Part shown: positions 39,701 to 49,900 of the stretch, piece by piece | How positions within the stretch are numbered: the first letter of the stretch is position 1 | Layout of the letters: every line of letters begins with the position of its first letter | IMG/VR virus record: IMGVR_UViG_3300027747_004417 | Source of the DNA: a virus | Length of the DNA stretch: 64,000 nt | Reading direction: 5' to 3' (one strand) | Notes under the pieces: model-generated | The model's input: the letters and a program-made list of their open reading frames with translations, nothing else | Databases searched by the model: none | What the model was told of the DNA's origin: nothing | Position numbers and translations under genes: made by a program

Positions 39701-39790
39701 GTTTACCTCCTTGTAACTATATTTATCATTTTTGCAATTCATTTTCTAAAAAACACACCAAAAACTAAATATTGTTGAGGAAAAATACCA

Positions 39791-40489
39791 ATGAATTTTA
39801 GAAAATGGCTTTATGAAGTTGTCGCCCAAGAAGAATTTGGTGATGAAAACCACAACAATAAAAAAGAGATAGTTGTTTTAGTTGGACCGCCTGCTGTAGG
39901 GAAGAGTACGTTCATAAAAAACAAGTTCCCCAAAGACATGGTGTACCTAGTGAGCAGAGACAACATAGTCGATGAGGTTTCATCTTCTTATGGCATGACT
40001 TACGACAACATGTTTGAAACGCCTCCTAGCGACTCTGAAATAGGGTCTAAAGTTTCTGGCAAAGAAAACTTTGGTGTTGTGATACAGGCTCCTCCTTGGA
40101 TGAAATGGGCCACTCGCGTTTATTCCAACATTCAAGAGGCAAACGATTTAATTAACAAAATGTTAGAACAAGAATTTAAAAAGGCCGTAGACTCGGGCAA
40201 ACACGTTGTTGTAGACATGACCAACATGACAATAGGAGCAAGAAAAGGAGCTTTAAAGTACGTAGAAGGCAAAGACTTTTTTAAGAGGGCAATAGTATTC
40301 ACGCTACACGAGTCAGATCTGCCTGAACTTTTAAGAAGAATGAAGACAAGAAGCGAACAGATAAAAGCAAATGGAGGGTCTAAAACTATAGGGGCTGATG
40401 TTATAGATCGTATGATTAAAAGCTTTCAACAAATTGGTCCTGATGAAGGGTTTGATAAAGTCGATACCTTCAGTTCTTTTGCCCCTTAG
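39791..40489 (+). CDS. P-loop kinase (polynucleotide-kinase/AAA_33-like) with CTS-like N-terminus
   Basis: VLVGPPAVGKST Walker A, VSRDNI, VVVDMTNMT..ARK; starts MNFRKWLYE. Confidence 0.8.
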   Translation: MNFRKWLYEVVAQEEFGDENHNNKKEIVVLVGPPAVGKSTFIKNKFPKDMVYLVSRDNIVDEVSSSYGMTYDNMFETPPSDSEIGSKVSGKENFGVVIQAPPWMKWATRVYSNIQEANDLINKMLEQEFKKAVDSGKHVVVDMTNMTIGARKGALKYVEGKDFFKRAIVFTLHESDLPELLRRMKTRSEQIKANGGSKTIGADVIDRMIKSFQQIGPDEGFDKVDTFSSFAP

Positions 40490-40959
40490 ACTTTGCTTGT
40501 TACCATACCTGAGTAATCTGTTCCGCCTGTTTTGATTATTACAGGCTTAGAGTCGCCCAGTTCTTCTATTGCAGTCTGTGCCTTAGCACTTTTTGAAAAG
40601 AATTGTTTTATCTCGTTAATCACTCCCTTTATGACTGCTTTGCCTGCTTGTTCCTCTTTCATATTCTCTCCCATGAAATCATTAAACATTTCTTCAAGAT
40701 CTAGAGAGTAAGCTTTTCCAAATGGCTCTGTGTCTTTTTCTTTTTGTACTCTATAGGCTAAAGATCTTCCTATTTCGTATATTCTTATCCCTTCAAAAGG
40801 GAGATCTTTATTGTCAGACTTTACATAGATGTATGAGTCTTCATGATCTATATGGTTATAAGTGTGCAACCCAGACTCTTTAAGAGCTTTTAAGACGATT
40901 TTTAAGTGCCTTCTTGATTCTCTTTCTTTTCTGTCAACGAATTCTAAGAATTGTTTCAC
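40486..40959 (-). CDS. Hypothetical protein with CTS-like N-terminus
   Basis: MKQFLEFV; AGGAG RBS, GTG start. Confidence 0.7.
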   Translation of the reverse strand: MKQFLEFVDRKERESRRHLKIVLKALKESGLHTYNHIDHEDSYIYVKSDNKDLPFEGIRIYEIGRSLAYRVQKEKDTEPFGKAYSLDLEEMFNDFMGENMKEEQAGKAVIKGVINEIKQFFSKSAKAQTAIEELGDSKPVIIKTGGTDYSGMVTSKV

Positions 40960-40981
40960 CTTTTCTCCTTTGATTGACTTG

Positions 40982-42319
40982 TTAGCACTGTCTCATTAAA
41001 ACTTCTGGAGCCGAGGGTACACACCTCATTATAACTTTTAGGTCACTAGGATTGCCTGAGTATGGTATTTCTTTAAGCACCATGCCCGAGAACCCAGATG
41101 AAACTTCTTTTATCGTGTTAAACTGAGCGGTTAAAAAGAGCATACCATCTATTCTTTCTAAGAAGTCTATTTCCTCTTTCATTGGTTTGCCATCTTCATC
41201 AACCTCACCAGTCTCTTTGCTATATTGTATTTTTATGTCAATGTAAGGAGTGATCGAACCATTGTCATCTATCATGGCCTCAGAGTTTGTACTCTGAATC
41301 ATTTTAACAACAATTTTTCCATCTGTATAAGCATCCTTTATACTGCCAGATATATCCCAACCTAACGTGTATATTGTACCATCTTCGCCAACTATGTTGA
41401 TCAAGAACCCTCTTTTCTTGAACATGTCGGCAATGCTTTCGATTATTACTCTTTTTCTTAGAACATCCTTTTCTTCAGGAGAACCTTCTTCAAGCCTTCT
41501 TTGCTCAGGGTCTGTTAGATACTTTGAAGCATCCTCTTCTTTTAGGCACCATTTGCCGATATCAACTCTTCCCCATTTGTCATTATATCTTGTAGATATT
41601 CTTATGGAGTAATCTCTCTCGTTGTATATAACGTCTTCATTGTTTCCACCCGTGCCTACTTGAACTCCTCCTATAATCGATGATATAAACTTACGGTGTA
41701 GGTCCCCTTTCATACCTAAAAGACCTTTTAGTTTAATAAACACATTATTAAGGTCTGGTGTCTTTTGAAAAGAGGCATCCATGTGATTCACTAAAGAAAC
41801 CGTTGGATTATTTCTATCAAGATCCTCTTTAACGAGTCTTCTTACTTCTTTGCTTGCCTTGTCAATATTTGCATGTTGTCTTAAGAAACATATTTGTAGG
41901 TTGTCCTCAACAAACTTTCTGGGATAGGAATCTAGATCTTCATCTCTAACTTTTTGTATTAATTCAATTAGCTTGTTGACATCGCCTTTTATAGATTCTT
42001 TAAAGTAGTTGTTTTTCCACTGTTCAAAGTCTGCACTTTCTTTTTCTTCCGGCATGTCAGGGGCCACAGGATCCTGACTCACGTCTGGCATTTCTTGGCT
42101 CTGATCCTGGCTCTGTGCTTGGTCCGTTTCGCCGTTTTCTTGGTTAGATACGTTCGGGTCTTCTTGAGGGGCATTGCCCATTTGATTCATTTGGGCGTTT
42201 GGGTCTTGGGTTTGTCCCGCCTGTGGATTGGCACCCATATCTGGCGAAGCCATGCCTTGTTGGCCTTGCATCCCCGTCTCATCTTCTTCTTTTAACCATT
42301 CTTCTATTGCGTATCTCAT
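40982..42319 (-). CDS. Hypothetical protein with CTS-like N-terminus and Q/P/D-rich disordered linker (445 aa)
   Basis: MRYAIEEWLKE; AGGAG RBS. Confidence 0.75.
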   Translation of the reverse strand: MRYAIEEWLKEEDETGMQGQQGMASPDMGANPQAGQTQDPNAQMNQMGNAPQEDPNVSNQENGETDQAQSQDQSQEMPDVSQDPVAPDMPEEKESADFEQWKNNYFKESIKGDVNKLIELIQKVRDEDLDSYPRKFVEDNLQICFLRQHANIDKASKEVRRLVKEDLDRNNPTVSLVNHMDASFQKTPDLNNVFIKLKGLLGMKGDLHRKFISSIIGGVQVGTGGNNEDVIYNERDYSIRISTRYNDKWGRVDIGKWCLKEEDASKYLTDPEQRRLEEGSPEEKDVLRKRVIIESIADMFKKRGFLINIVGEDGTIYTLGWDISGSIKDAYTDGKIVVKMIQSTNSEAMIDDNGSITPYIDIKIQYSKETGEVDEDGKPMKEEIDFLERIDGMLFLTAQFNTIKEVSSGFSGMVLKEIPYSGNPSDLKVIMRCVPSAPEVLMRQC

Positions 42320-42320
42320 C

Positions 42321-42866
42321 CTACTCCTTCTTTTTCTTCTTGGCTTGATTTATGGCCTTGATCAATTCTTTTCTGCTGAAGTCCGCCTCAGAACCTATAT
42401 TAAAATTGTTTTGCTGCATGGCATTAAGGTGGGGTCCTGAATATGCATACGTGTTTTTTAGCTTTAACCTTGTCATAAGATCTGCGGCCTTAAGCATCTT
42501 GTCTTGTAAATCTGTTTTTATTTTGACAAGATTCACTAATGCTTCTTTTGACGAAGTCGTCGCATCGCCTTCATTTATTACCATTTCTGCAAAATTATCT
42601 ATGTAATCACTCACCTGTTTTCTGTCTTCTTTAATGTCTGTTAGTATGCCGGTAATAACATCCATGTATTGTTCGTCGCTTATCAACATTTCTTTTTGTT
42701 CTAGACTAGGAGTCATAGCAACGTTCATCTTAGGAACCATGCTCTCTATGTCTTCCGGTCTTATTTCGTTTGCATCAACGTCTAATACGTCATTTTTTTG
42801 CGTAATTAGGGGCTCACCCTCGATTATGACCTCTGCCTCTAATTTTTGTTCTTCTTGTTTTGTCAT
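42321..42866 (-). CDS. Hypothetical helical protein, weakly T4 gp16 small-terminase-like
   Basis: EALVNLVKIKTDLQDKML and QQNNFNIGS resemble gp16 segments; the ORF is solid, the product call is weak. Confidence 0.3.
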   Translation of the reverse strand: MTKQEEQKLEAEVIIEGEPLITQKNDVLDVDANEIRPEDIESMVPKMNVAMTPSLEQKEMLISDEQYMDVITGILTDIKEDRKQVSDYIDNFAEMVINEGDATTSSKEALVNLVKIKTDLQDKMLKAADLMTRLKLKNTYAYSGPHLNAMQQNNFNIGSEADFSRKELIKAINQAKKKKKE

Positions 42867-42908
42867 GTTGTAATATATAGATTATAAGGTCTTAGAAATG
42901 GAAACAAT

Positions 42909-43205
42909 ATGTCAAGACACAACTTGAGTCTATCCCAACTATCAGATACCGTACTAAGAAACGATGAAAGACTTAAAGTTGTTATAAATGAGCAAGAAAA
43001 CATAAAAAAAAGCTTTTCTAGTTTAGAAGAAAAGACCCAAAAGCTTGAGATCAAAGTAGAATCGGCCTCCATGAGGATTGGCTCTCATGATGCAAAATGG
43101 TCAACAATAATGGATATGGTCTGGAAATGTGCTTTGATGATAATAGCTGGCTACATTTTATATGCACTAGGACTGCAAGCCGATTTAGCCTTTCCTCCTC
43201 CTTAA
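42909..43205 (+). CDS. Coiled-coil protein with C-terminal transmembrane helix (holin/hemolysin-like architecture)
   Basis: Heptad region then WKCALMIIAGYILYALGL. Confidence 0.55.
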   Translation: MSRHNLSLSQLSDTVLRNDERLKVVINEQENIKKSFSSLEEKTQKLEIKVESASMRIGSHDAKWSTIMDMVWKCALMIIAGYILYALGLQADLAFPPP

Positions 43206-43247
43206 AAAAATGTTGACCTACTAAATAAATAGATAAACGAGGTACAA

Positions 43248-44723
43248 ATGAGATTTTCAAACTATATTCAGCTAAGGGAAGCTTCTTCAAAAGAGCCAAG
43301 TTTTATTACATCAAAGATAAAGCTGCAAAAGGAAACAGGCTCAAAGGAATTTTCTCCTTTTACTGTTAACAAAAGCTCTAGGGCAAATTTAAGGCCTATA
43401 ATAAAAGCGTTCTTAAGTTCTAATCAAGTCGGTTTGGGTTACACCACTATAGACAAGTCAAAAGGCGAGGTTGAGCCACAACTTAAGAAGAAAGCTTTGT
43501 ATCTCACTGGTGGTGCTGTTCGTGACCATCTAAAGGGCAAGACACCAAGAAACTATGACCTTGTAACAGACGCAACTATTAGTGAAATAAAGATGATTCT
43601 AGATCAATCAGAGGAAGACTTTACAGAAGTCAAGCCAAGATCACAGAAGCACAAAGATGACTCAAGATATAAAGATCTTCCAACAACCGCTAAGGGTAAG
43701 AAATTTTATGTTTCTAGATGGGATAAAAAAGGAAAAGAGTTAGAGGTCACAATAGAAATAAATGGAGAAGAATTTAACATAGCTCCATTAAGTAAAAGTT
43801 CAAAGAGTAGAAGAGTAGAACCAGATGAAGGGCTAATTGCTCCTTCTATAGAAGATGACGCTTCAAATAGGGACTTAACAATAAATTCTTTGTACATACC
43901 ACTTGGAACACCTGACGGCGATAACTCTGAACTGCTTGATCCGTACGGCGGAATTAACCATTTAAAAAACGGTCAAATAAAGTTTGTAGGCGACAAAATA
44001 GAAGACAGGCTTAAAGAAGACCCAATGACAGCGTTTAAGGTTTTGAATTTGAACTCACGTTACGGTGGATCGAGCCTTTCTAAAGAGTACGAGAAAACTA
44101 TTAAAGGACATATTAAGAATATAGCATCTCTGCCAAAAGAAGACTTAAAGAAAGAATTCATATCAGGATTAGAGCACCCAGACTCAGATCCAAGAGGGTA
44201 TATGAAGTCAGCTTACGGCTTGGATCTCCTGAGACTAGTCTTTCCAGACGTAGAATTTAATCCACAAGACCTACCAGAGAACTTTAGGGGCGACAGATGG
44301 CTATCTACAGCTTGGATGCTTAGAAACAACTCTCCCGACTCGGTTAAAGAGCTTCTTTCGTCCAATGGTTGGACGGATCAAGAAGCAAATGACGTTTCAT
44401 TCTTGGTTAAGCTATACAGCTGGGCCTCAAAAGAAGGCTTTAGCCCTGATTCTTTTTACGACATTAAGTCTGCTCATACCGGACTAACGAAGTCTAAAAT
44501 AAAGGAATGGATGAAAATGGTCGATTTAGATAAAGATGAATTCAATAAATTTATTGATTGTGATTCAAGCGACCTAACTCCATATGTGGCGGATTCTTAC
44601 GGAAAAAAGACTCTTAACCCCTTATTTCGTAAAGTCTTAGGAAGAACTCCAATAGGTAAGGAATTCGATTACGTAAAGAAGAGTTTATTTAAAAACAGGT
44701 GGAAAGACACCCTAGGTCAATAA
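43248..44723 (+). CDS. Class II CCA-adding/poly(A) polymerase family nucleotidyltransferase, divergent active site
   Basis: LYLTGGAVRDHLKG..NYDLVTDAT, IEDDASNRDLTINSL, DPYGGINHL..IKFVG..RLKEDP. Confidence 0.85.
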   Translation: MRFSNYIQLREASSKEPSFITSKIKLQKETGSKEFSPFTVNKSSRANLRPIIKAFLSSNQVGLGYTTIDKSKGEVEPQLKKKALYLTGGAVRDHLKGKTPRNYDLVTDATISEIKMILDQSEEDFTEVKPRSQKHKDDSRYKDLPTTAKGKKFYVSRWDKKGKELEVTIEINGEEFNIAPLSKSSKSRRVEPDEGLIAPSIEDDASNRDLTINSLYIPLGTPDGDNSELLDPYGGINHLKNGQIKFVGDKIEDRLKEDPMTAFKVLNLNSRYGGSSLSKEYEKTIKGHIKNIASLPKEDLKKEFISGLEHPDSDPRGYMKSAYGLDLLRLVFPDVEFNPQDLPENFRGDRWLSTAWMLRNNSPDSVKELLSSNGWTDQEANDVSFLVKLYSWASKEGFSPDSFYDIKSAHTGLTKSKIKEWMKMVDLDKDEFNKFIDCDSSDLTPYVADSYGKKTLNPLFRKVLGRTPIGKEFDYVKKSLFKNRWKDTLGQ

Positions 44724-44817
44724 TTTTACCAAATTGCATTATTTTTTATTTTGCTAATATCCGTTATCTCTGTGACCGTCCTGGATATATACTATAGACG
44801 TCAAAAGGAGATGCGAT

Positions 44818-45198
44818 ATGAGTTCAAAACCCTATAAATCTTACAGGAAGTTAGTTTCTTTACTTAAGGAGAAGTGCCCTTTGGCATACCCAGTTAGTGT
44901 TAGAAGAAAAGAAATAAGCGATTTTGACGGTGACTGCTCACTACAGTCTAAGAAATTCTTTATTAGAATAAACAAGTCTTTGAACGAATCGGCCGCAATA
45001 GATACTTTGATCCATGAATGGGCACACGCTAGAGCGTGGAACCATCTGCATGATAAGTTGTCTTGGGAGGAATTTGAAGAAAGATCCCACGATGCTTCTT
45101 GGGGGGTTGCATATAGTGAAGTATACAAAACATACGAACAAAACTTTTTTCCCTCTAACACTCCGATTTATAAATGTGGCAAGTTCAAAATTAAGTAG
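44818..45198 (+). CDS. HExxH zinc metallopeptidase-like protein (SprT/IrrE-like)
   Basis: DTLIHEWAHA and a downstream HDASWG. Confidence 0.7.
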   Translation: MSSKPYKSYRKLVSLLKEKCPLAYPVSVRRKEISDFDGDCSLQSKKFFIRINKSLNESAAIDTLIHEWAHARAWNHLHDKLSWEEFEERSHDASWGVAYSEVYKTYEQNFFPSNTPIYKCGKFKIK

Positions 45199-45241
45199 TT
45201 TTTACTCTAATTCATTTAGTGGAAGACACAAATGAGGACAG

Positions 45242-46102
45242 ATGGACTATTTTTTAAGCGTTCCAAATTCGACATATTTTTATTGGCAACTAGAATTGCT
45301 AATACAAAGCTTTAAAGATCTAAACAAAGAAGAAAATCTCTCTATATTTATTTATTCTCGGCCTGAAGATAGCACACAGTACCTGAATAACATGTTCTCT
45401 AAGAATCTAATTGCTCACAAGAAAAAGATTTATACAAACAACCCTGGGTTGGTTAAAGGATGCCCTGAGCTTAACAAAATTTACAATCTTCTAACAGCCG
45501 TAAACTCTGGGTACATAAAGCAACCTTTTGTTCTGTTGGAGCCCTGCACCGTATTTCGAAAGGACTACTTCTTTCCTGAGCCGGATGCTTCGACATTTGC
45601 GTTTGCGGTTGATCCTTTCTTTACTGTAGAAGAAGTAGAAAAGAATGTTGGGCCTTTTTACGAGTGGTTTAACTTAGAAAAAAGTGTTTTTGAATCAAGC
45701 TGGATTCCTATAGGAGAAGTTTATGCATTTAATAATCTTACCTCCGATTTCTTTTCTTCTTGTGTGATTATAGCTGAGAAACTAGCTTTACATCAAATGC
45801 TTGATAATAAAAAAGTTTGGGAACGAACTGCTGACTTGGCCATAGCAATTTGTGTTTTAGTAAAGTCCTCCCAGGTGTCCTGCAGAGGTGATTGCTCAAT
45901 AGTTGGCCCTATTAACTCTGACTTTGATTCCTTCTTAGTAGGTTATAAGGATGGTTATCCTCCTACATTTTTGAGATCTATGTATCCGTTTAACCCTCTC
46001 TCTTTTGGTGATCCAATAGAAGAACTCTCCAAAATAAATTATACAAATAACTCAAGCTATATTTCAAACATAGCAAGGAGGATAATTGCAAGAAGATCGT
46101 AA
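45242..46102 (+). CDS. Putative glycosyltransferase resembling plant/algal peptidyl O-glycosyltransferases (HPAT/SGT-like)
   Basis: SVPNSTYFYWQLELLIQSF, ELNKIY and FVLLEPCTVFRK recall the YFDWQ..SF / NKP / ILDxD motif order; overlaps patatin and sits upstream of the multi-GT. Confidence 0.4.
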   Translation: MDYFLSVPNSTYFYWQLELLIQSFKDLNKEENLSIFIYSRPEDSTQYLNNMFSKNLIAHKKKIYTNNPGLVKGCPELNKIYNLLTAVNSGYIKQPFVLLEPCTVFRKDYFFPEPDASTFAFAVDPFFTVEEVEKNVGPFYEWFNLEKSVFESSWIPIGEVYAFNNLTSDFFSSCVIIAEKLALHQMLDNKKVWERTADLAIAICVLVKSSQVSCRGDCSIVGPINSDFDSFLVGYKDGYPPTFLRSMYPFNPLSFGDPIEELSKINYTNNSSYISNIARRIIARRS

Positions 46103-46934
46103 AAAGATCGGATTCTGCTTTACAGGTGAAGGGGCAAGAGGATCCATTCAGGCTGGAATAGCTCTTGGATTGGCAAAGTCTGGCATACACGCTGATTATA
46201 CCATTGGAATATCATCTGGTTCTATATGTGCGGCCTCTTACTGCTACCTTGGGCCTCAAGGTCTTGCTGACATGTGGTCCGATATATCTGGTGTTTTTGA
46301 TGTTTTCGGCATAAATTTTGACTTTCCATTTAGGACTGGTTTGTTGAATCAGAAACCAATGCAGAGAATCGTTAATAAAGCCCTTAAGAATGATGCCATA
46401 TGTGAAAGTGTGGTCTGCAGAATGAATATACAGACTGGAGATTTAGAGTATGTTTCTAATTCTAATGTAAGCAAAGATCAATTCGAAGATGCGGTTCTAG
46501 GAAGTGTTGCCATCACTGGATTAGTAGAAGATCATAAAGGATACGTAGACGCAGGTAGCAGACAGTTGGCTCCCCTTGAGCAATGCATAAAAGCTGGTTG
46601 TAAAGAAATCTATGTTATAATGGGCAGGCCGTCATATTTAGAAAACTGGACAATACCTAAAGGACTGTTTAGACAACACAAGATGGCTTTTAGAGCTTTG
46701 GACATAACACTTTATGAAATAATGATAAGAGACATTTTTTCTTGCATCAGATCAGAAGGTCACCCAGACTTTAAAGGCGTAGACATACATTTGGTCGAGC
46801 CGAGCAGTCTCTTCTTTGAAAGCGTCGAGTTTTCAAAATGCAAGTCAGGTGTGGCTTACGGCGAAAACAACTATTACATTAGCGACAAAAAGGGAATAAT
46901 TAAATCATTAAGTTTCAATGAGAGTAAAATATAA
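46086..46934 (+). CDS. Patatin-like phospholipase
   Basis: GEGARG oxyanion loop, GISSG nucleophile, YVDAG catalytic Asp. Confidence 0.88.
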   Translation: MQEDRKKIGFCFTGEGARGSIQAGIALGLAKSGIHADYTIGISSGSICAASYCYLGPQGLADMWSDISGVFDVFGINFDFPFRTGLLNQKPMQRIVNKALKNDAICESVVCRMNIQTGDLEYVSNSNVSKDQFEDAVLGSVAITGLVEDHKGYVDAGSRQLAPLEQCIKAGCKEIYVIMGRPSYLENWTIPKGLFRQHKMAFRALDITLYEIMIRDIFSCIRSEGHPDFKGVDIHLVEPSSLFFESVEFSKCKSGVAYGENNYYISDKKGIIKSLSFNESKI

Positions 46935-49900
46935 AGGTTCTATTGAACCCAACAACAACTGGGAAGATCTAGCGAAAAAGGCTGTGGAATTATCCTTTCG
47001 CAATGATTTTGAGCTCGATCCATCAAAAAGTCATAACTACGCAGAATCTAGTTCTCTTCTTGAAAAGAGTATGGAGGTGTGTACTTCTGCCTGGCCCTTT
47101 CTTAGATATGCAGAACTCTGCCGGGACTATGAATCTAAAATAAGTACTTACGAACGTTCTGTTAAAGTAGAAGCGACCAGCCTAGCGATTGCTAGATTAG
47201 TTTATCTTAACTCCGTCTTAGATAATCTCGATAAAGCAAAGTACTGGCTGGATCAATTGATATCTCTTTATCCTAATGATCCCTACATAAAGAACTTCAT
47301 GTTTTTGAAGGACACCTTTGTAGGTAAAGATAAAGTCACGCGCTGTAGTCTTGTACCTTACGACTTTGACCCAGTCTTTTACAGGGAAGCACACAAGGAA
47401 CTCGGTCTTCAGTCAGACATAGAATCAATATTTCACTTTATTGAATATGGAAGAAATGAGTTAAGAGATTACAAGAGGCCCATAGACATACCTGTGGTAA
47501 AAGTAGTCTTGTTCACTCAATATTACGCTTGCGACGAGCAAACAAAAAATGATATAGTTTACTGTTTGAACAAAAACATTGAGAATCCACTAATAAACGA
47601 GTTAGTTCTGTTCTATGATCAAGATGAATTAAAAAATGAACTTATAGAATTATCTCAAGCGTCAGATAAAATTCGTATTGTTAAAATAGAAGAAAGACTT
47701 ACTTTTAAACAATGGTTTGAGTTCAGCTCGCAGAATTATTCAGAAAGTTGGATAAAAGTACTTGCTAATTCTGACATATACTTTGATAGCACATTAAGCT
47801 TCTTATACAATCTAGAATACAGAAAAGATATATTTTATTCTTGTTCAAGAGTAGACCTAGACGACTCAGGCAACCTTATTCCTAGTCGTATAACTAACAG
47901 TAAAGATTCACCATTAATAAATAATTACACATCACAAGATTGTTGGGTTTATAAAGAAGATTTGCTGCCCTTTAAGTCTGATTTTAAGCTAGGGTATGAG
48001 AACTGTGACGTTTTTCTTAAAGATCATTGTTTAGCTTCTGGTTGTCATTTCTTGAACCTTTTTAACCATATAAACTGTGTCCATGTTGACAGAAGATCTA
48101 TCAAGGTGAGAGGCAAATATGAGTTCTCACCAAAAGAATCTTCAAACAACAGTGATTACGAAGGTGATTGGGTTGGTTTCGCTTTAGCAGCTTTAGAAGA
48201 AAAAGACCAAACAAGTGCAATCAAATTGTTTCGTAGGTCCATAGAACTTAAACCAAGTGCATCATGGCCCTACATAAAACTCGCAGCGATGTTAAATGAC
48301 ACCAAAGAGAAAATAGAATTACTCACAGAAGCAATAAAAATTGATAATAACTGTTGGGGTTATATCATGCTAATACGTTCTTTTTTGAGTACCAATGATT
48401 ATTATAAAGCTAATGATCTTTTGTCTACTCTAGAAGAATTAGTTGCGAACGAAGCAGGGGCGGAAGCAGATGTTCTAAAAGAAGTTAAAGAACTTAAAAG
48501 CTATATCGAAATAAAATTAAGAACAAAGATTTATCTTAGAGTTTATGGAAACTTGTTTAAAAGACTAAGGACTATAAATTCGTTTTATTCTTTTGCTAAG
48601 CAGCACAAAAAAGATTTATTTGTATATTGGGGCGAAGGTTTTCAATGGTCTTCACAAAAGTTTGATGATCTGTTTGAGAAAGTGGAATCTATTTCTTTTG
48701 TAGAAAAAGAGTTTATCGAAACCAATTCTAAAAACACTTTAGACCTAAGTTTGTTGATGAACGCTAAAGGAAAAGATTTGAGTGACAAAGAGATCTTAGA
48801 ACATCTTAAAAAAGAAAGCTTCACTTATTTTGGAGATGAATGTTTAGAAGATGTAATAGATGGATTTTCCGTAGATAACAACTTTTATCAACTGCTTGTT
48901 CCAAAGCTTTCATTAGATCAAAGCTACAAGGTAGACGCCATACTAAAGCAATTCGTGGATGGAAAGACTTTTGGTATTTTTATAGACAACCCAGATACCT
49001 CTTTGTTAAAGAAAGAAATAGATAAACAAATAGAAGAAGAACCCAAATCTGTTTTCTTTGTATCCTGTAATCGTGCTGATTTATTGAGTTCTTTGATTGA
49101 AGATTATCCTGAGAGAATCGTTTTTCAAGAAAAAGAATTTGAGGATACAGAATCCTATGAAATGCTCGGTGATCAAACCAACAAATTAGTTGACTTGTTT
49201 TTACTAGCTTCAACAAACAAAATAATTAGCTGTCCTTGCAACGAGATAACTAATGTGTCATCGAAAATGTCCGGCGTGCCGCTTATAGAATTACCTGGGT
49301 ATGAATGTAAAGAAAAGACTTTGAAACCTAATTTAATCAGGGTGCACCATCAATTGGGATGGCAAACTCCTGCGTTTACAGAAAAGCAAGCGTTTATTAA
49401 TCACGATAATAATTACCTATGTCCTTCTGACAAAATTTATATTGCTTGCCCCTGGGCTTCTATAATAGATTTCATTGTTTCTAGGTTTCAAAATTCAATT
49501 AGATTATCTGACTTTTATGAATCTCAAGAAATACGAAACTACTTAGAAAACCACATGAGAACGAACGGCTACGATTCAAAAAAACTTTTAGATTACGACA
49601 CACACACAGTGTGCCAACACATTTTTTGGCATAAGCTAATAAGATTCTGGGTCTCGCATGGCATAAAAAATGTTCATGCGTCTCATTTAACAAAAAACTT
49701 TGTTCATGTTGATGGAATAAAGTTCTATCCTTGGTTTCTTGTTGGGTCTAATATAGAGAACCCAAAAAGAAACTTTAACATGACATTTAAGAGAGATAGA
49801 AAATACCTCTGTTCTTTTATCGGAGCCACTACAAAAGCATATAGGTCAAATATTAGACAAAAGATTAATGACTCATTCATAAAGTTAAAAAAAGAAACTC

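Noticed and set aside
43248-46934. CBASS-like system (nucleotidyltransferase plus patatin)
   Set aside because: The nucleotidyltransferase has class II CCA motifs (GGAVRD), not CD-NTase motifs; patatin is coupled to the glycosyltransferases instead.
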